Shown here: positions 1 to 9,700 of the stretch, piece by piece | How positions within the stretch are numbered: position 1 is the stretch's first letter | How the letters are laid out: each line of letters opens with the position of its first letter | Source: Alphaproteobacteria bacterium | Lineage (GTDB): Bacteria; Pseudomonadota; Alphaproteobacteria; Paracaedibacterales; VGCI01 | Direction: 5' to 3' | NCBI GenBank assembly: GCA_019746225.1 | Contig: JAIESE010000013.1 | Span: 106,063 to 170,062 of the forward strand | Length of the DNA: 64,000 nt | Made by a program: the position numbers and the translations under genes | Notes under the pieces: model-generated | Told to the model about the DNA's origin: nothing | The model's database searches: none | What the model saw: only the letters and a program-made list of their open reading frames with translations

Positions 1-333
1 TGTGAAAGCGCCTTATCAACGACAACTATAAAAAAAATAACCGAGGCTCATCGTGGATCAACAGTGGAATGGAAAGGTCAACAATGGAATGTAGAAGATC
101 CGACTGGCTTTCCTACTCTTCCAACAAGAAATCGACTTTTTCTTGGAGAAAATAAGAATGATAGACTTGTATGTTACTACGATGTTTCTTATAAGGAAAA
201 ACGTGAAGCATTAAGACTTGCAATATCGATTAAATTCTGTGAGGATTCAAAAGAAATTGCCGGTCATCCACCCTTAGCGATTGAAGCAGCTCCTCCACCT
301 AAAGGCCTACCCCAAATTACTGGGGGTAAATGA
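1..333 (+). CDS. C-terminal part of a hypothetical protein; the ORF is open to the left window edge
   Basis: Frame 1 has no stop codon from nt 1 to the TGA at 331-333, so the track ORF 64..333 starts at an internal GTG. Its stop abuts the next ORF at 334, which looks operon-like. No domain recognised. Confidence 0.4.
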   Translation, partial: CESALSTTTIKKITEAHRGSTVEWKGQQWNVEDPTGFPTLPTRNRLFLGENKNDRLVCYYDVSYKEKREALRLAISIKFCEDSKEIAGHPPLAIEAAPPPKGLPQITGGK

Positions 334-1332
334 TTGAGTCAAGATAAAACACTAAACTACCCTGCAGATTTAATAAAAGAAATGACAGATGAAAACATTA
401 ACAACCTTTTGATTGGTAATGGATTTTGTTTGTCTCATCCTGATTTAAAGGACTGTTTTGAGTGGGACATGGAAAAAGCTCTCATCCCATTTTGGAAAGA
501 TATGGTTCCAACTGATTTCGAAGACTGTCCCGAAAAAGATTTGAATACTATACGAATCAATATCACAAAGAGAATTTTGCAATATTATATTGATAACTTA
601 AAAGAAAAATTATCACTCGAATCTGAAAATCTCTATGATCTGCGTTACAGTTATCAATCGCAAATAAAATATAAGTGCTCTGATTTTTTAAATGCACCTA
701 CTCTGAAAAGTGGTAATATATTCACCCTAAACTATGATCCACTTTTGTATTTTGAAATCTTGGAAGTCCTTGAGAATTTATCAGCTGACTACTTTGATGG
801 TTTTATTGGTAAAAATAATGGATTTTTAGACCAGAATTACATTGCTTGCAACTTGTGCAGAGAAAGCAAGTCAAGTTCTTCTAACATTAAGGTACACTAC
901 CTCCACGGATCTTGGTTCATTCAAGCTAATGCAGAGGAAAAATTAAGAAAATTAAGTTTTAGAAAGGGCAGTGACGATACCATTGACTCACTCTTTGAGA
1001 ATGAACGGAGGCCCTTTTTAATCCTTGAAGATAGGTGGCAAACCAAAGAAGCTATTCTTAGTGCTGATCCATATCTAAAATTCTGTCATGATCAGTTAAA
1101 AACAATAGAGGGTAATTTACTTATATTTGGATGTTCATTTAAAAACGATGAACATATTCTTAGGGCTATAAAAGGTAACTCATCTTTAAAAAAAATCTTT
1201 GTAACATATATAATTGATAAGGACAAAGATAACCTAGCAGGAAAGTTTAATGGATCGAGCAAAAATATTCAATTTTTACAAATTAGTGAAAATGTAATTT
1301 GGAAACTACCGCAAATACCTTTGGCATTTTAG
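334..1332 (+). CDS. SIR2-like fold protein of the DUF4917/AbiH-like type (hypothetical)
   Basis: The blocks LLIGNGFCLSH (N-terminal), FTLNYDPLLY, YLHGS and LLIFGCSFKNDEHI occur in the order I recall for DUF4917/AbiH-type proteins. TTG start directly after the upstream stop. Strongly AT-rich. Confidence 0.45.
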   Translation: MSQDKTLNYPADLIKEMTDENINNLLIGNGFCLSHPDLKDCFEWDMEKALIPFWKDMVPTDFEDCPEKDLNTIRINITKRILQYYIDNLKEKLSLESENLYDLRYSYQSQIKYKCSDFLNAPTLKSGNIFTLNYDPLLYFEILEVLENLSADYFDGFIGKNNGFLDQNYIACNLCRESKSSSSNIKVHYLHGSWFIQANAEEKLRKLSFRKGSDDTIDSLFENERRPFLILEDRWQTKEAILSADPYLKFCHDQLKTIEGNLLIFGCSFKNDEHILRAIKGNSSLKKIFVTYIIDKDKDNLAGKFNGSSKNIQFLQISENVIWKLPQIPLAF

Positions 1333-1409
1333 CTGTTTCACCCCCCCCACACAAACACTCTCCCGCCCCACTATGAACGTAACCTCCCTCTAAACCCTCC
1401 TCCACGATC

Positions 1410-2342
1410 TCATCTGAACAGATCTAAAATCAGGGTCATAAAAACAACCGTGAGGATAATTTGAACGATCATCACGCGATTAAATGCCCCCCAATAACTT
1501 CTCAACCGTTTAGGGTTTTCAACCTTTATAGAAGCATCAAGGGATTGAAGTTCTTCATAGAAATTTTCAAACTCCCGGTAATATTGCTCGAAGGGCTGAT
1601 CATCTGAAAATGACATGGTAAGGAGATAATACAACTGAGGATTTTGTTGAAATTTATGCGCTTCACTTAAAGCATCTTTCACGATAGCTTTGGCTAATTT
1701 TAAATTTCCCACTTGCTTAAAATAAGCAGCGTGATGCGCTAAAAGAATGGCGTTAAGATGGGGGGGCCGAATGCCGCCTAAAAGATTGGTGAAAAGAGAC
1801 TGTAGAGACTTAAACACACCCCAGGGGAATTGGCCCCACCACCCAAATAGCCAGGTTGTTATACTGGCTTTTAAAGAAACGATAGAAGCGCATTTTAAAC
1901 AGAAGGTGCCCTCAACGCGCTGTTGCTCGCTAAAGGTTAGAAAGCTTCGAACGACATAAAAAATAAGATAGCGGGGTTGTGCGGAAATAGCGCCACAGTT
2001 CGTACATTTGATAGGAGCATCTTTCGGAATGGCATCAGATTGACGGGTTTGATAGGTTTGAGACTGACTTGAATGGGGGTGTGACCTTCGCGTTTGATGA
2101 CTATAGGAAGAATGGGAAGAGCTCGATTGGAGCGAATCATACTGAGCTCTTAATTTCGGATCTTTCAAAACATTAAAGGCTTCTTGCAAGAGTTGAAAAC
2201 TGCGCGTGGTATCTTTGTTACGATTTTTATCCGGATGAAGTTCTTTGGCCTTGAGACGATACGCCTTCTTAATCTCAACAGATGAGGCAGAAGGCGATAC
2301 TCCTAAAATCTCATAATACTTCTTGCTATCATTTTTTTTCAT
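1410..2342 (-). CDS. J-domain (DnaJ-like) membrane protein
   Basis: YYEILGV...KKAYRLKAKELHPDKN J-domain with HPD. It is followed by a Ser/His/Gln-rich linker, CxxC...CxxC pairs and C-terminal hydrophobic helices. I chose the ATG at 2342 (weak GAGAA RBS) over the track start at 2360. Confidence 0.85.
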   Translation of the reverse strand: MKKNDSKKYYEILGVSPSASSVEIKKAYRLKAKELHPDKNRNKDTTRSFQLLQEAFNVLKDPKLRAQYDSLQSSSSHSSYSHQTRRSHPHSSQSQTYQTRQSDAIPKDAPIKCTNCGAISAQPRYLIFYVVRSFLTFSEQQRVEGTFCLKCASIVSLKASITTWLFGWWGQFPWGVFKSLQSLFTNLLGGIRPPHLNAILLAHHAAYFKQVGNLKLAKAIVKDALSEAHKFQQNPQLYYLLTMSFSDDQPFEQYYREFENFYEELQSLDASIKVENPKRLRSYWGAFNRVMIVQIILTVVFMTLILDLFR

Positions 2343-2636
2343 GGCACATTCTCGACTCATTTACTGAGTTTTCTTAAGGAACTCATTTGGAATTGTTCAT
2401 TTTATACAGGATGTCTGGCCTTCGCGCAAATGACGTGTCTTGTAAGCTGTAGGAGGCAGATATTTCTAATTAAGCACATAACCCAACGAATCTTCAACAC
2501 ACCCTCCCCAATATATATGTTGACTTCCTCATGAATTAGGCGGTTATATGATTGGTTCCTCTTCATTAATAAACAAGTCAATTTTCAGGGAACACAATAG
2601 ACCACAAACTTTTACTTTACAGATTGGATAAATATC

Positions 2637-3041
2637 ATGATTCATCATAATACATTTACAAAGCGAACCCCCCTCACCCATTCAAACCATAATTTAAAAT
2701 CCAATAATTCCAAAGCCTCCCTCTTGAAGCGTCCTTTAGCGTTGTTGAGTGTTGCAGTTTTGGTATCTGCTTGCGCTGCTTTTTCGGGTCGGGAAACCGC
2801 CGGGGAATATGTGGACGATGCCTCCATTACAACCTCTGTCAAAAGCAACATTCTTCAAGATTCTTCCTTAAAAATGTTCCAAATTCATGTTGAGACATTC
2901 AAGAATCAAGTTCAATTAAGTGGTTTTGTTGATTCTGCTGCCGAAATAAGCCGTGCAGGACAGATTGCAAAAAGTGTAGATGGCGTTCAAGGCGTAAAGA
3001 ATAACTTAGTGTTACGCAAAAAAGGCCACACCGTAAAGTAG
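2637..3041 (+). CDS. BON-domain lipoprotein (OsmY-like)
   Basis: Lipobox LVSAC followed by a BON-like segment: DASITTSVKSNIL...IHVETFKNQVQLSGFV...A...VDGVQGVKNNL. Confidence 0.8.
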   Translation: MIHHNTFTKRTPLTHSNHNLKSNNSKASLLKRPLALLSVAVLVSACAAFSGRETAGEYVDDASITTSVKSNILQDSSLKMFQIHVETFKNQVQLSGFVDSAAEISRAGQIAKSVDGVQGVKNNLVLRKKGHTVK

Positions 3042-3068
3042 AGCCTTTATATAGGCCCTTCTGAATCA

Positions 3069-3102
3069 CCTTCTCCCCTTGCTCAATGGTAAGGGGAGAA
3101 GG
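3069..3102 (+). terminator. Perfect 12-bp stem hairpin downstream of the BON gene
   Basis: CCTTCTCCCCTT (3069-3080) pairs with AAGGGGAGAAGG (3091-3102) around a 10-nt loop. There is no clear T-tract. Confidence 0.4.
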
Positions 3103-3236
3103 GGGGTGCGGACTAACTTAGGCTACAAACATACCCACTTCCTTGCAAATGTCCCCTTTGCATATGAATTTTACGGTTTCTTATCTATTATGAGAGTAGA
3201 ATTTAGATGCAGCTTAAGACAAATGGGGCGAGGAAA

Positions 3237-3443
3237 ATGTTTAACCTTTTGAATAAATTTAAAAATTATGTGACTCGCCATCCAAAAGATGTCTTGCTCA
3301 TTCTGGCAAGTATAACGATCGTCGGTGGCGGTCTGTTTTACTATTTTAAAACATCGAATGCGAATGTCTGGGAAATTAAGATGCAAGATGACGCCATTAA
3401 AATAACCATTCCTGAGAATTTGCTTCCGCCCCGTCAACAATAA
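3237..3443 (+). CDS. Small single-pass membrane protein (hypothetical)
   Basis: GAGGA RBS 5 nt before the ATG at 3237. One clear TM helix (VLLILASITIVGGGLFYYF). The opposite-strand ORF 3171..3473 looks like a shadow ORF. Confidence 0.35.
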   Translation: MFNLLNKFKNYVTRHPKDVLLILASITIVGGGLFYYFKTSNANVWEIKMQDDAIKITIPENLLPPRQQ

Positions 3444-3476
3444 TTCCCCGGCATCGATACATTTCCCCCTCACCCA

Positions 3477-3884
3477 TTACCCCGTGCGCATGCATGTCGC
3501 GAGGCGCACGGCTCTTTGCCCCACCTCATTGGCCCACTCGCTATTCAACATGGCATCGGCCGCCCCGTTCCAATCTTGCGCTTCTATGGCGCTCCACATC
3601 TCTTTAAATTCCATGACGCCGCTACGGCCCATATTAAATGTCATTTCGATGAGGACACGCTGGCGAATATCAGATAACTGAGGAAAATATTGGACAGAAG
3701 CCAACTCTGTTTCTACCCGTTGAATATCATTATTTAACAGATAAAGCGCCTCCGCCTCAGTGATGCCTTCATCATCCAAATTGCGCCCCACACCAATGGT
3801 TAGTTTTCCAACAGAATCCCGATAGGGTTTCAATTTGAGTCCCTCATCGTTGATCAAATCTTGTTTCAAGATGTCATTATCCAT
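3477..3884 (-). CDS. T4-type lysozyme (glycoside hydrolase family 24)
   Basis: NDEGLKLKPYRDSVGKLTIGVGRNL matches the T4 lysozyme E-D-T catalytic block ([23 protein letters not shown]). No signal peptide. Confidence 0.85.
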   Translation of the reverse strand: MDNDILKQDLINDEGLKLKPYRDSVGKLTIGVGRNLDDEGITEAEALYLLNNDIQRVETELASVQYFPQLSDIRQRVLIEMTFNMGRSGVMEFKEMWSAIEAQDWNGAADAMLNSEWANEVGQRAVRLATCMRTG

Positions 3885-3914
3885 TTTTTAATCTCCCTTA
3901 AAAATTGAATTTCT

Positions 3915-4952
3915 TTACCCATCCAACAGCTGCGCAATTTGCGTCAATTCACTTTGAGAATTTTGGATGAGATTCTTGGCATATAATTCCAAAGCCTTGA
4001 TATTTAACGGGCTCACGTCATCGAAGGCCGTGTGTTGTGCATCGAGCGTCACTTGGAATCGGTGGTAATCTTTTTTGCCATCATCGCCTTTGAAAACTTC
4101 TTCCATTTGATAATCGACAACTTCATTGGTTGCATTCATCAACACGGAAACAATATCCGGTGCCCACTCCAACTTGCCGCCAGATTTGATTACCTTCCCC
4201 TCAAATGACAATTTTCCAGGAGCCACGGGATTGTTCGTTCCTGTGCCAATCGAAACCACCAGAAAATCATTGTCTCGGCCAAACAATTTAAGCGCATGCA
4301 CGCATGCGGACATCGTGGGATTATTGACAGCCACACCGCCATCAATCAATGTATGATGTTTTTGCAAAGCAATATCTCGAACGTGGGCGGGCCTAAAGAA
4401 GGTCGGTGCCGCACTCGTCGCCCGGGCAACGTCCGTGAAGAAATAATCTCGAGATAAATCGCGCTTTGCTTTGTCGCTTTTGAAAAAGATGGTGTCGTCC
4501 TGACTGATATCGTAGGAAGGAATAATAATATTGGTGAGCGCATCCCGCAAACGGCAGTCCCCAAAAAATTTCTGGAGGGTCAATTCCAAGTTGGCGGATG
4601 AATATTTTTCCCCAATCCACCCATTCAAACTGGTCAAATATTTCCCCCACGATTGGTGAAAAACCGTAGCTCCTAGATTCTGATACAAGGTCACCACATC
4701 GGCCGTTCGATATTTTGGCTTATGTTGAGAGTCAGGGGTGTTCAAAAGAAGCACAATGATCCCACCCGTAGAAGTCCCCGACATCAAATCAAAACATTCC
4801 GATAAATGGCTTTTACGTGTCAATTTCTTCTCAATTTCTTGTAAAATGAGCGCAGGGATAATGCCCCGAATCCCGCCCCCATCAAGGGAAAGAATTTTAA
4901 TAAGCCTTCTCTTGGGCGCCTTTGGTGCCTTCTTCTTGGGTGTCTTTGCCAT
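3915..4952 (-). CDS. Patatin-like phospholipase
   Basis: DGGGIRG oxyanion motif, GTSTGG (GxSxG) and DGGVAVNNP (catalytic Asp). AAGGAGAG RBS before the ATG at 4952. Lys-rich N-terminus. Confidence 0.9.
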   Translation of the reverse strand: MAKTPKKKAPKAPKRRLIKILSLDGGGIRGIIPALILQEIEKKLTRKSHLSECFDLMSGTSTGGIIVLLLNTPDSQHKPKYRTADVVTLYQNLGATVFHQSWGKYLTSLNGWIGEKYSSANLELTLQKFFGDCRLRDALTNIIIPSYDISQDDTIFFKSDKAKRDLSRDYFFTDVARATSAAPTFFRPAHVRDIALQKHHTLIDGGVAVNNPTMSACVHALKLFGRDNDFLVVSIGTGTNNPVAPGKLSFEGKVIKSGGKLEWAPDIVSVLMNATNEVVDYQMEEVFKGDDGKKDYHRFQVTLDAQHTAFDDVSPLNIKALELYAKNLIQNSQSELTQIAQLLDG

Positions 4953-5141
4953 CGATCTCTCCTTAAACATCTTCCAAATGGGGCGTTTATGTATACCTCA
5001 AGTTTACGCCAAAAAGATAAATAGGATATTAAGAAGGCACGTCGAACGGGCCCTTTTGCTTGCGTCTTGTCTCCACCTTCTATCTCATTTACTATGGCCC
5101 TTAGATCTTCACTAAACTTGTTTTAAAAAGAAACTTGTCCT

Positions 5142-5837
5142 ATGAAAAAAAACCACATCATTCTGATTGTCCTTGGAACGCTCCTGGCTCTTCTCTTCGG
5201 CTACCTGATCTGGCGCTTTCCCCACGTTATGGAGTCGGAAGATCACTTTGGACATTTTTTCTACTCGATCCTTCTTCTATGCCTTCTGGTGCCTTCCTTT
5301 TTTTTACATCGGGAATTTCCCCATGCGCTGAAATCCGCCGCCGCTTGGGTTGGCATTTTCTTGGTTTTGTTCGTCGGCTATAGTTATCACGAGGATTTGG
5401 GGAGTGTTTGGGAGCGTCTGAAGAGCAACCTCTTGCCCTTTGCTGGCACACAACACAGCGATGGATCCATCACCTTCACCCGCGCGGAAGGGGGACACTT
5501 TTATGTGGAAGCGCTTGTGAATGGCACCCCCATACACTTTATGGTGGATACGGGGGCCACGCGCATCGCGTTGACGCAAGAAGACGCCAAGCGGGCAGGA
5601 TTTGATGTGGATAATTTACCCTACTCCGAGCTCATTCACACGGCCAATGGCGACACCATGGCGGCCCCCGTTTATCTCAATGAATTTAAGATTGGGCCGA
5701 TCGTCATGACCGATCTTTCGGCTTCCGTGAATAAGAATCTTTCTACACACTCCTTGCTGGGCATGAATTTCTTGAAGAAACTCAAAGGCTTTAAGATCGA
5801 GGGCAACCGCTTGACCTTTGAAATTCCTCAGTCTTGA
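5142..5837 (+). CDS. Retropepsin-like aspartic protease, TIGR02281 type, membrane-anchored
   Basis: N-terminal TM helices followed by FMVDTGATRIALT (DTGA active site). This architecture is typical of the alphaproteobacterial TIGR02281 family. Confidence 0.8.
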   Translation: MKKNHIILIVLGTLLALLFGYLIWRFPHVMESEDHFGHFFYSILLLCLLVPSFFLHREFPHALKSAAAWVGIFLVLFVGYSYHEDLGSVWERLKSNLLPFAGTQHSDGSITFTRAEGGHFYVEALVNGTPIHFMVDTGATRIALTQEDAKRAGFDVDNLPYSELIHTANGDTMAAPVYLNEFKIGPIVMTDLSASVNKNLSTHSLLGMNFLKKLKGFKIEGNRLTFEIPQS

Positions 5838-5865
5838 TGGGTTGATAAGTAACATAATTCCACCC

Positions 5866-6050
5866 CTGTCATCCTGGCACTTAGATTTTGTTCGTCTTTT
5901 TCGAAGAAAACAATCACGTCCTTGCGAGGACGGCGAAGGGAGCGAAACAGGACGCGGCAATCCATGTATTCAAAATCCTTCAAACAACCATGACGTTGAA
6001 ATCGTCAAATACATGGATTGCCGCGTCGCTAGCGCCCCTCGCAATGACAG
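5866..6050. repeat. Composite palindromic repeat element of the GTCATTGCGAGG family
   Basis: The ends are CTGTCATCC... and ...CCTCGCAATGACAG. Inside are CGTCCTTGCGAGGACG and a perfect 20-nt inverted repeat, GACGCGGCAATCCATGTATT (5951-5970) with AATACATGGATTGCCGCGTC (6008-6027). It lies between convergently ending genes. Confidence 0.7.
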
Positions 6051-6157
6051 AATGCTTTTGATCATAAAATCTATTCTGCAATCACCCCCCCATCTTAACG
6101 AATTCTTAAACCTTCTTGGCCGACTCTAGACTCAAAGACTGTCGGTGAGGAGCTTCC

Positions 6158-6721
6158 ATGAAACGCGTCAAAAAACTGAAAATACCGTCTTCGGTTTTGT
6201 TTATCGTCCTGATCATGATTGGCTTTGGAGCTGGATATGGCGCCCACGAATATGGAGATACTCCGCAAGTCGCCCCGCTGTTAGACAATTCAATTTCCGT
6301 GTGTTTTACCCCCAACAAACAGTGCCAATCTCAAATTTTAGGACAAATTGAAAAAGCAAAGAAATCGATCTTTGTTCAAGCTTATTCTTTTACGGATAAG
6401 GACATTGCGAGTGCGCTTGTAAACGCGGCGCGGCGCGGTGTTGCAGTCAAGGTTTTGTTGGATCGAAGCAACCGAAAAGATGATCGCTCCGCCAAAGATA
6501 TTCTCGAGGGAAACCACTTACCGTTGCGGTTTGATGCGCCCAGTGGTATTGCCCACAACAAGATCATTATTATTGATGAAGCTACGATCATCAGCGGAAG
6601 TTATAATTTTTCAGCCGCCGCCTATAAGCGCAATACAGAGAATCTCCTCGTGATCACGAACCCTTCCCTTGCCCATCAATATATCCAAAATTGGCAGGCA
6701 CGGTGGCAGGTTTCGGAGTAG
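6158..6721 (+). CDS. Secreted single-HKD phospholipase D / Nuc-like endonuclease family protein
   Basis: Signal or anchor peptide, HNKIIIID (HxKxxxxD) and GSYNFS. The ~190 aa size is typical of Nuc and Rickettsia-type Pld. Confidence 0.85.
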   Translation: MKRVKKLKIPSSVLFIVLIMIGFGAGYGAHEYGDTPQVAPLLDNSISVCFTPNKQCQSQILGQIEKAKKSIFVQAYSFTDKDIASALVNAARRGVAVKVLLDRSNRKDDRSAKDILEGNHLPLRFDAPSGIAHNKIIIIDEATIISGSYNFSAAAYKRNTENLLVITNPSLAHQYIQNWQARWQVSE

Positions 6722-6749
6722 AGATTTTTCGCAGAATTAATCTTAGACA

Positions 6750-9700
6750 TTAATTCATCTTACTCCCAATATTATAAACAACATCCAACATTTTCCAAAG
6801 ATTTCCTAAAAATTTTCGATCAAAACCATCAAATGTTTGTCCATGATTCCTGTGGGTGCCGCACGTTCCGTTTCGTTTCGTAATCCGATTGACCGCGCTT
6901 ATATAAAACCCAGATTTTGTTTTGAAAATCTGTATCTGACTCATAAAAAAAGGATCCGAAAACAGTCTTTCAAGATCGCTGTGATCTACACTTTTGTCTT
7001 TGATTTTGTCGAGAATACGGAAAGATGTATCCGTAAGCTTAGATTCACCTTCCTCTTCTTGATTATGAAGATCGATCCCCTTGGCCAATCTAACAAGCTG
7101 AGCTCCTTTCTTGCGAATAACCGGTAAGGGCTCGGACAACTCCTCCTGGATTTCTACGTCTGAAAACGTATCCGTCTCCTCTTCAGCTACTTCTGACAAA
7201 ACATGAATGGGCTCTCTTTTCCCCATGATAGCGTAAATCGTTCTAATGGTTCGTGATGCAACCAGTTTTGGAGATTCAAGTTTTCCGGGCGTGGTTATTG
7301 CTTGATCTCTTAAAGCGTCAATTTCTGTATCCGTCATGTCATCAACGTGATCCCCTTTATCCCCATCCCCTCCCGATTCATGGAGTTTTCTCAAAGCGAG
7401 GTCTTCGAGGTCTCTTGTCACTGAAGGATCTGTCTGTCGCGCTATTTCAAACCAATGTTCTGCTTTAATGAGATCATCAAATTCAAACAGATATACTTTG
7501 CATAAGGCCATCATCGCTGGAGCATATCCTTTATGAGCTGCCATCGTGAAATGAGAAACGGCCTGGTGTATAGACTTCCGATCTTTGAGTCCCATCAAAG
7601 TAACGCCCGCATTATAACAACACGTTATATCACCAAGGGCGGCACCCTTTTTGAAATAACTTAAAGCCTTATTTACATCAGGCTCCTGGCCATTAAACCC
7701 CTTTAACCAAACAATTCCTGCCATTCCCATTGAACGGACATCCTTTTGAGCTGCTCCCTCTTCAAAATACTTTAAGGCGGATCTTGTAGCTGAAAATTGT
7801 AAAAGACTTACACCAGCGTGGTGCATCGACAGAGAATCACCAAGAGCCGCAGATCTTTTGTAACAGTCTAATGCAGCAGCTTCATCCGGTTCCTGACCTT
7901 CAAACCCTTTTGAGAGCATGCACCCCTTATTACAAATCGCTTTGACATGGCTTGCTTGCGCCGCATTGGTGAAAAGTCGGAAGGCTTCTTTTAAATCGGG
8001 AGATTGCCCCTCAAATCCATCCCTCAATAAACATGCCGCATTGTAAGTGGCTTCCAAATGTCCATACTCAGCAGCAATTCTAAGATATTTCAAAGCAGCT
8101 TTTAAGTCTCCTTTCACTTTGTGAGATCCAAGTAATAAATCACCTGCATGGTAATGGGCGTCTCTATACACCTCAGAACCTGCTTCTGCATGCGCGGCCG
8201 CTCGTTTGAAATAATCCAAAGCTTGATCATCATCCTCAACAAAACCAAATAGGAGCATGGCATAGTGAAGCATGGCCTGAAGATGTCCATGATCCGCTGC
8301 TTGCCGAAGATAATTTAAGGCTTTTGCCCAAAGTTTTTGAATGTTTGGTTCTTTTAATTTCCGTCTAAATTCCCCATCCTCAAAATCATTGCCACTGATG
8401 GTTTTGAAAATCATCAAACCGGTATCAAACATCGCTTCTACATGACCATTTTCGGCTGCTTGTTCAAAATAAACCAAAGCTGCTTTATGATCTGGCTTGC
8501 GTCGTTTAAATCCCTTTAAGAGATTAAGGCCAGCATGGTACATCCCCTCTCTACTTCCCCTAGACGCCGCTTTTTTGAAATACTCTAGAGCCCTATTCCC
8601 ATCAGGTTCTAGACCCTCACAGCCATTGCTACAAATCACAGCGACGTTCATTATGGAATCGACATCCCCTCCTGCAGCAGCCTGTTCGAATAACCCCAAG
8701 GCTCTTATCTTATTTACTGCTTGACCATAAGTACCTTTCACAAGTGCAAATCCTGCATTAAAAGCGGAATCCACATGACCTTGAGCGGCAGCCATGAGAA
8801 TATAATGGAAAGCTTCCTGTTCATTAGGCTCTCGGCCTTTAAACCCAGTTTTCAGAGCATGTGCGGCTTGAAGCATCGCAGGAACATTTTTGAGCCGTGC
8901 TGCTTTGATATAACATTGCAGCGCTTCTTCTTCATTGGGCTCTAATCCCCCATAACCAGAGATATAGATGGCCGCCGCATTCATATAAGCTTCAGCATCC
9001 CCCCGTTCTCCCGCCATTAAGTAGTATTTCAAAGCCATTGCAAAATTGGGCTCTTGACCTTTAAACCCGGTATGAAAGAGACACCCTACATTAAATAGAG
9101 ATCCGACATCTCCATGACGAACTGCCTCGAGGAGTAAATCCAACGCTTGTTTGTCATCTGGTTCATGACCGTCAAAGCACTTGCGCGCAACGGTTGCCCC
9201 ATTGACCATCGCTTTGACATGCCCAGCTCTAGCTGCCGCTAAAAAGTATTCGAGAGCTTTTGCGTAATTTGGCTTTTGATCATCATATCCTTCTAAATGG
9301 ATGCATCCCACATTAAACATGCCACCAGCATCTCCAAGGGCGGCTGCACGTTCAAATAAACGTAAGGCTGCCCTTTTATCCGGTGGATGGTCTTTATAAC
9401 CGTCTCGAATAATACACCCTGCATTAAAAATTGAATGGACATCCTGGAATGCTGCTGCTCTATTAAATTGCTGTAAGGCTGCATGACGGTCTTGCTCGAT
9501 GCCAATGCCGCCATCCATCAGGAGACAACCCGCATGGTACATTGCCGATATAATTCCAAGATCTGCAGCATCCAAATAATGCCTCAACCCTTCTGCAGGA
9601 TTGGGTGGCAGACCACTACCACCGTCGGTGAGTAAGGTTGCCAGTTTAGATAGGGCTATTGGATCACGTTGTAACGCGCCTGCTCTATAATAGAGAAGCG

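Noticed and set aside
3171-3473. A 100-aa minus-strand ORF next to the lysozyme gene
   Set aside because: It has no RBS or recognisable features. The opposite-strand 68-aa ORF has an RBS and a clean TM helix and is the better, though still weak, candidate.
3915-4952. Patatin as a CBASS (CapV-like) effector
   Set aside because: No CD-NTase, cyclase, E1/E2/JAB or other signalling gene is adjacent. The neighbours are a lysozyme and a retropepsin-like protease.
5616-6129. Track ORFs 5616..5960(-) and 5818..6129(+) across the protease-PLD spacer
   Set aside because: They translate the palindromic repeat element (for example ...MDCRVASAPRNDR...). They have no RBS or recognisable fold and overlap each other on opposite strands, so I treated them as repeat artefacts.
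6750-6950. HicA/YcfA-like toxin similarity in the extreme C-terminus of the Sel1 protein (G-T-H...G..L...L)
   Set aside because: Only a few spaced residues match from memory, and the second conserved His is not evident. This is too weak to call without a profile search.
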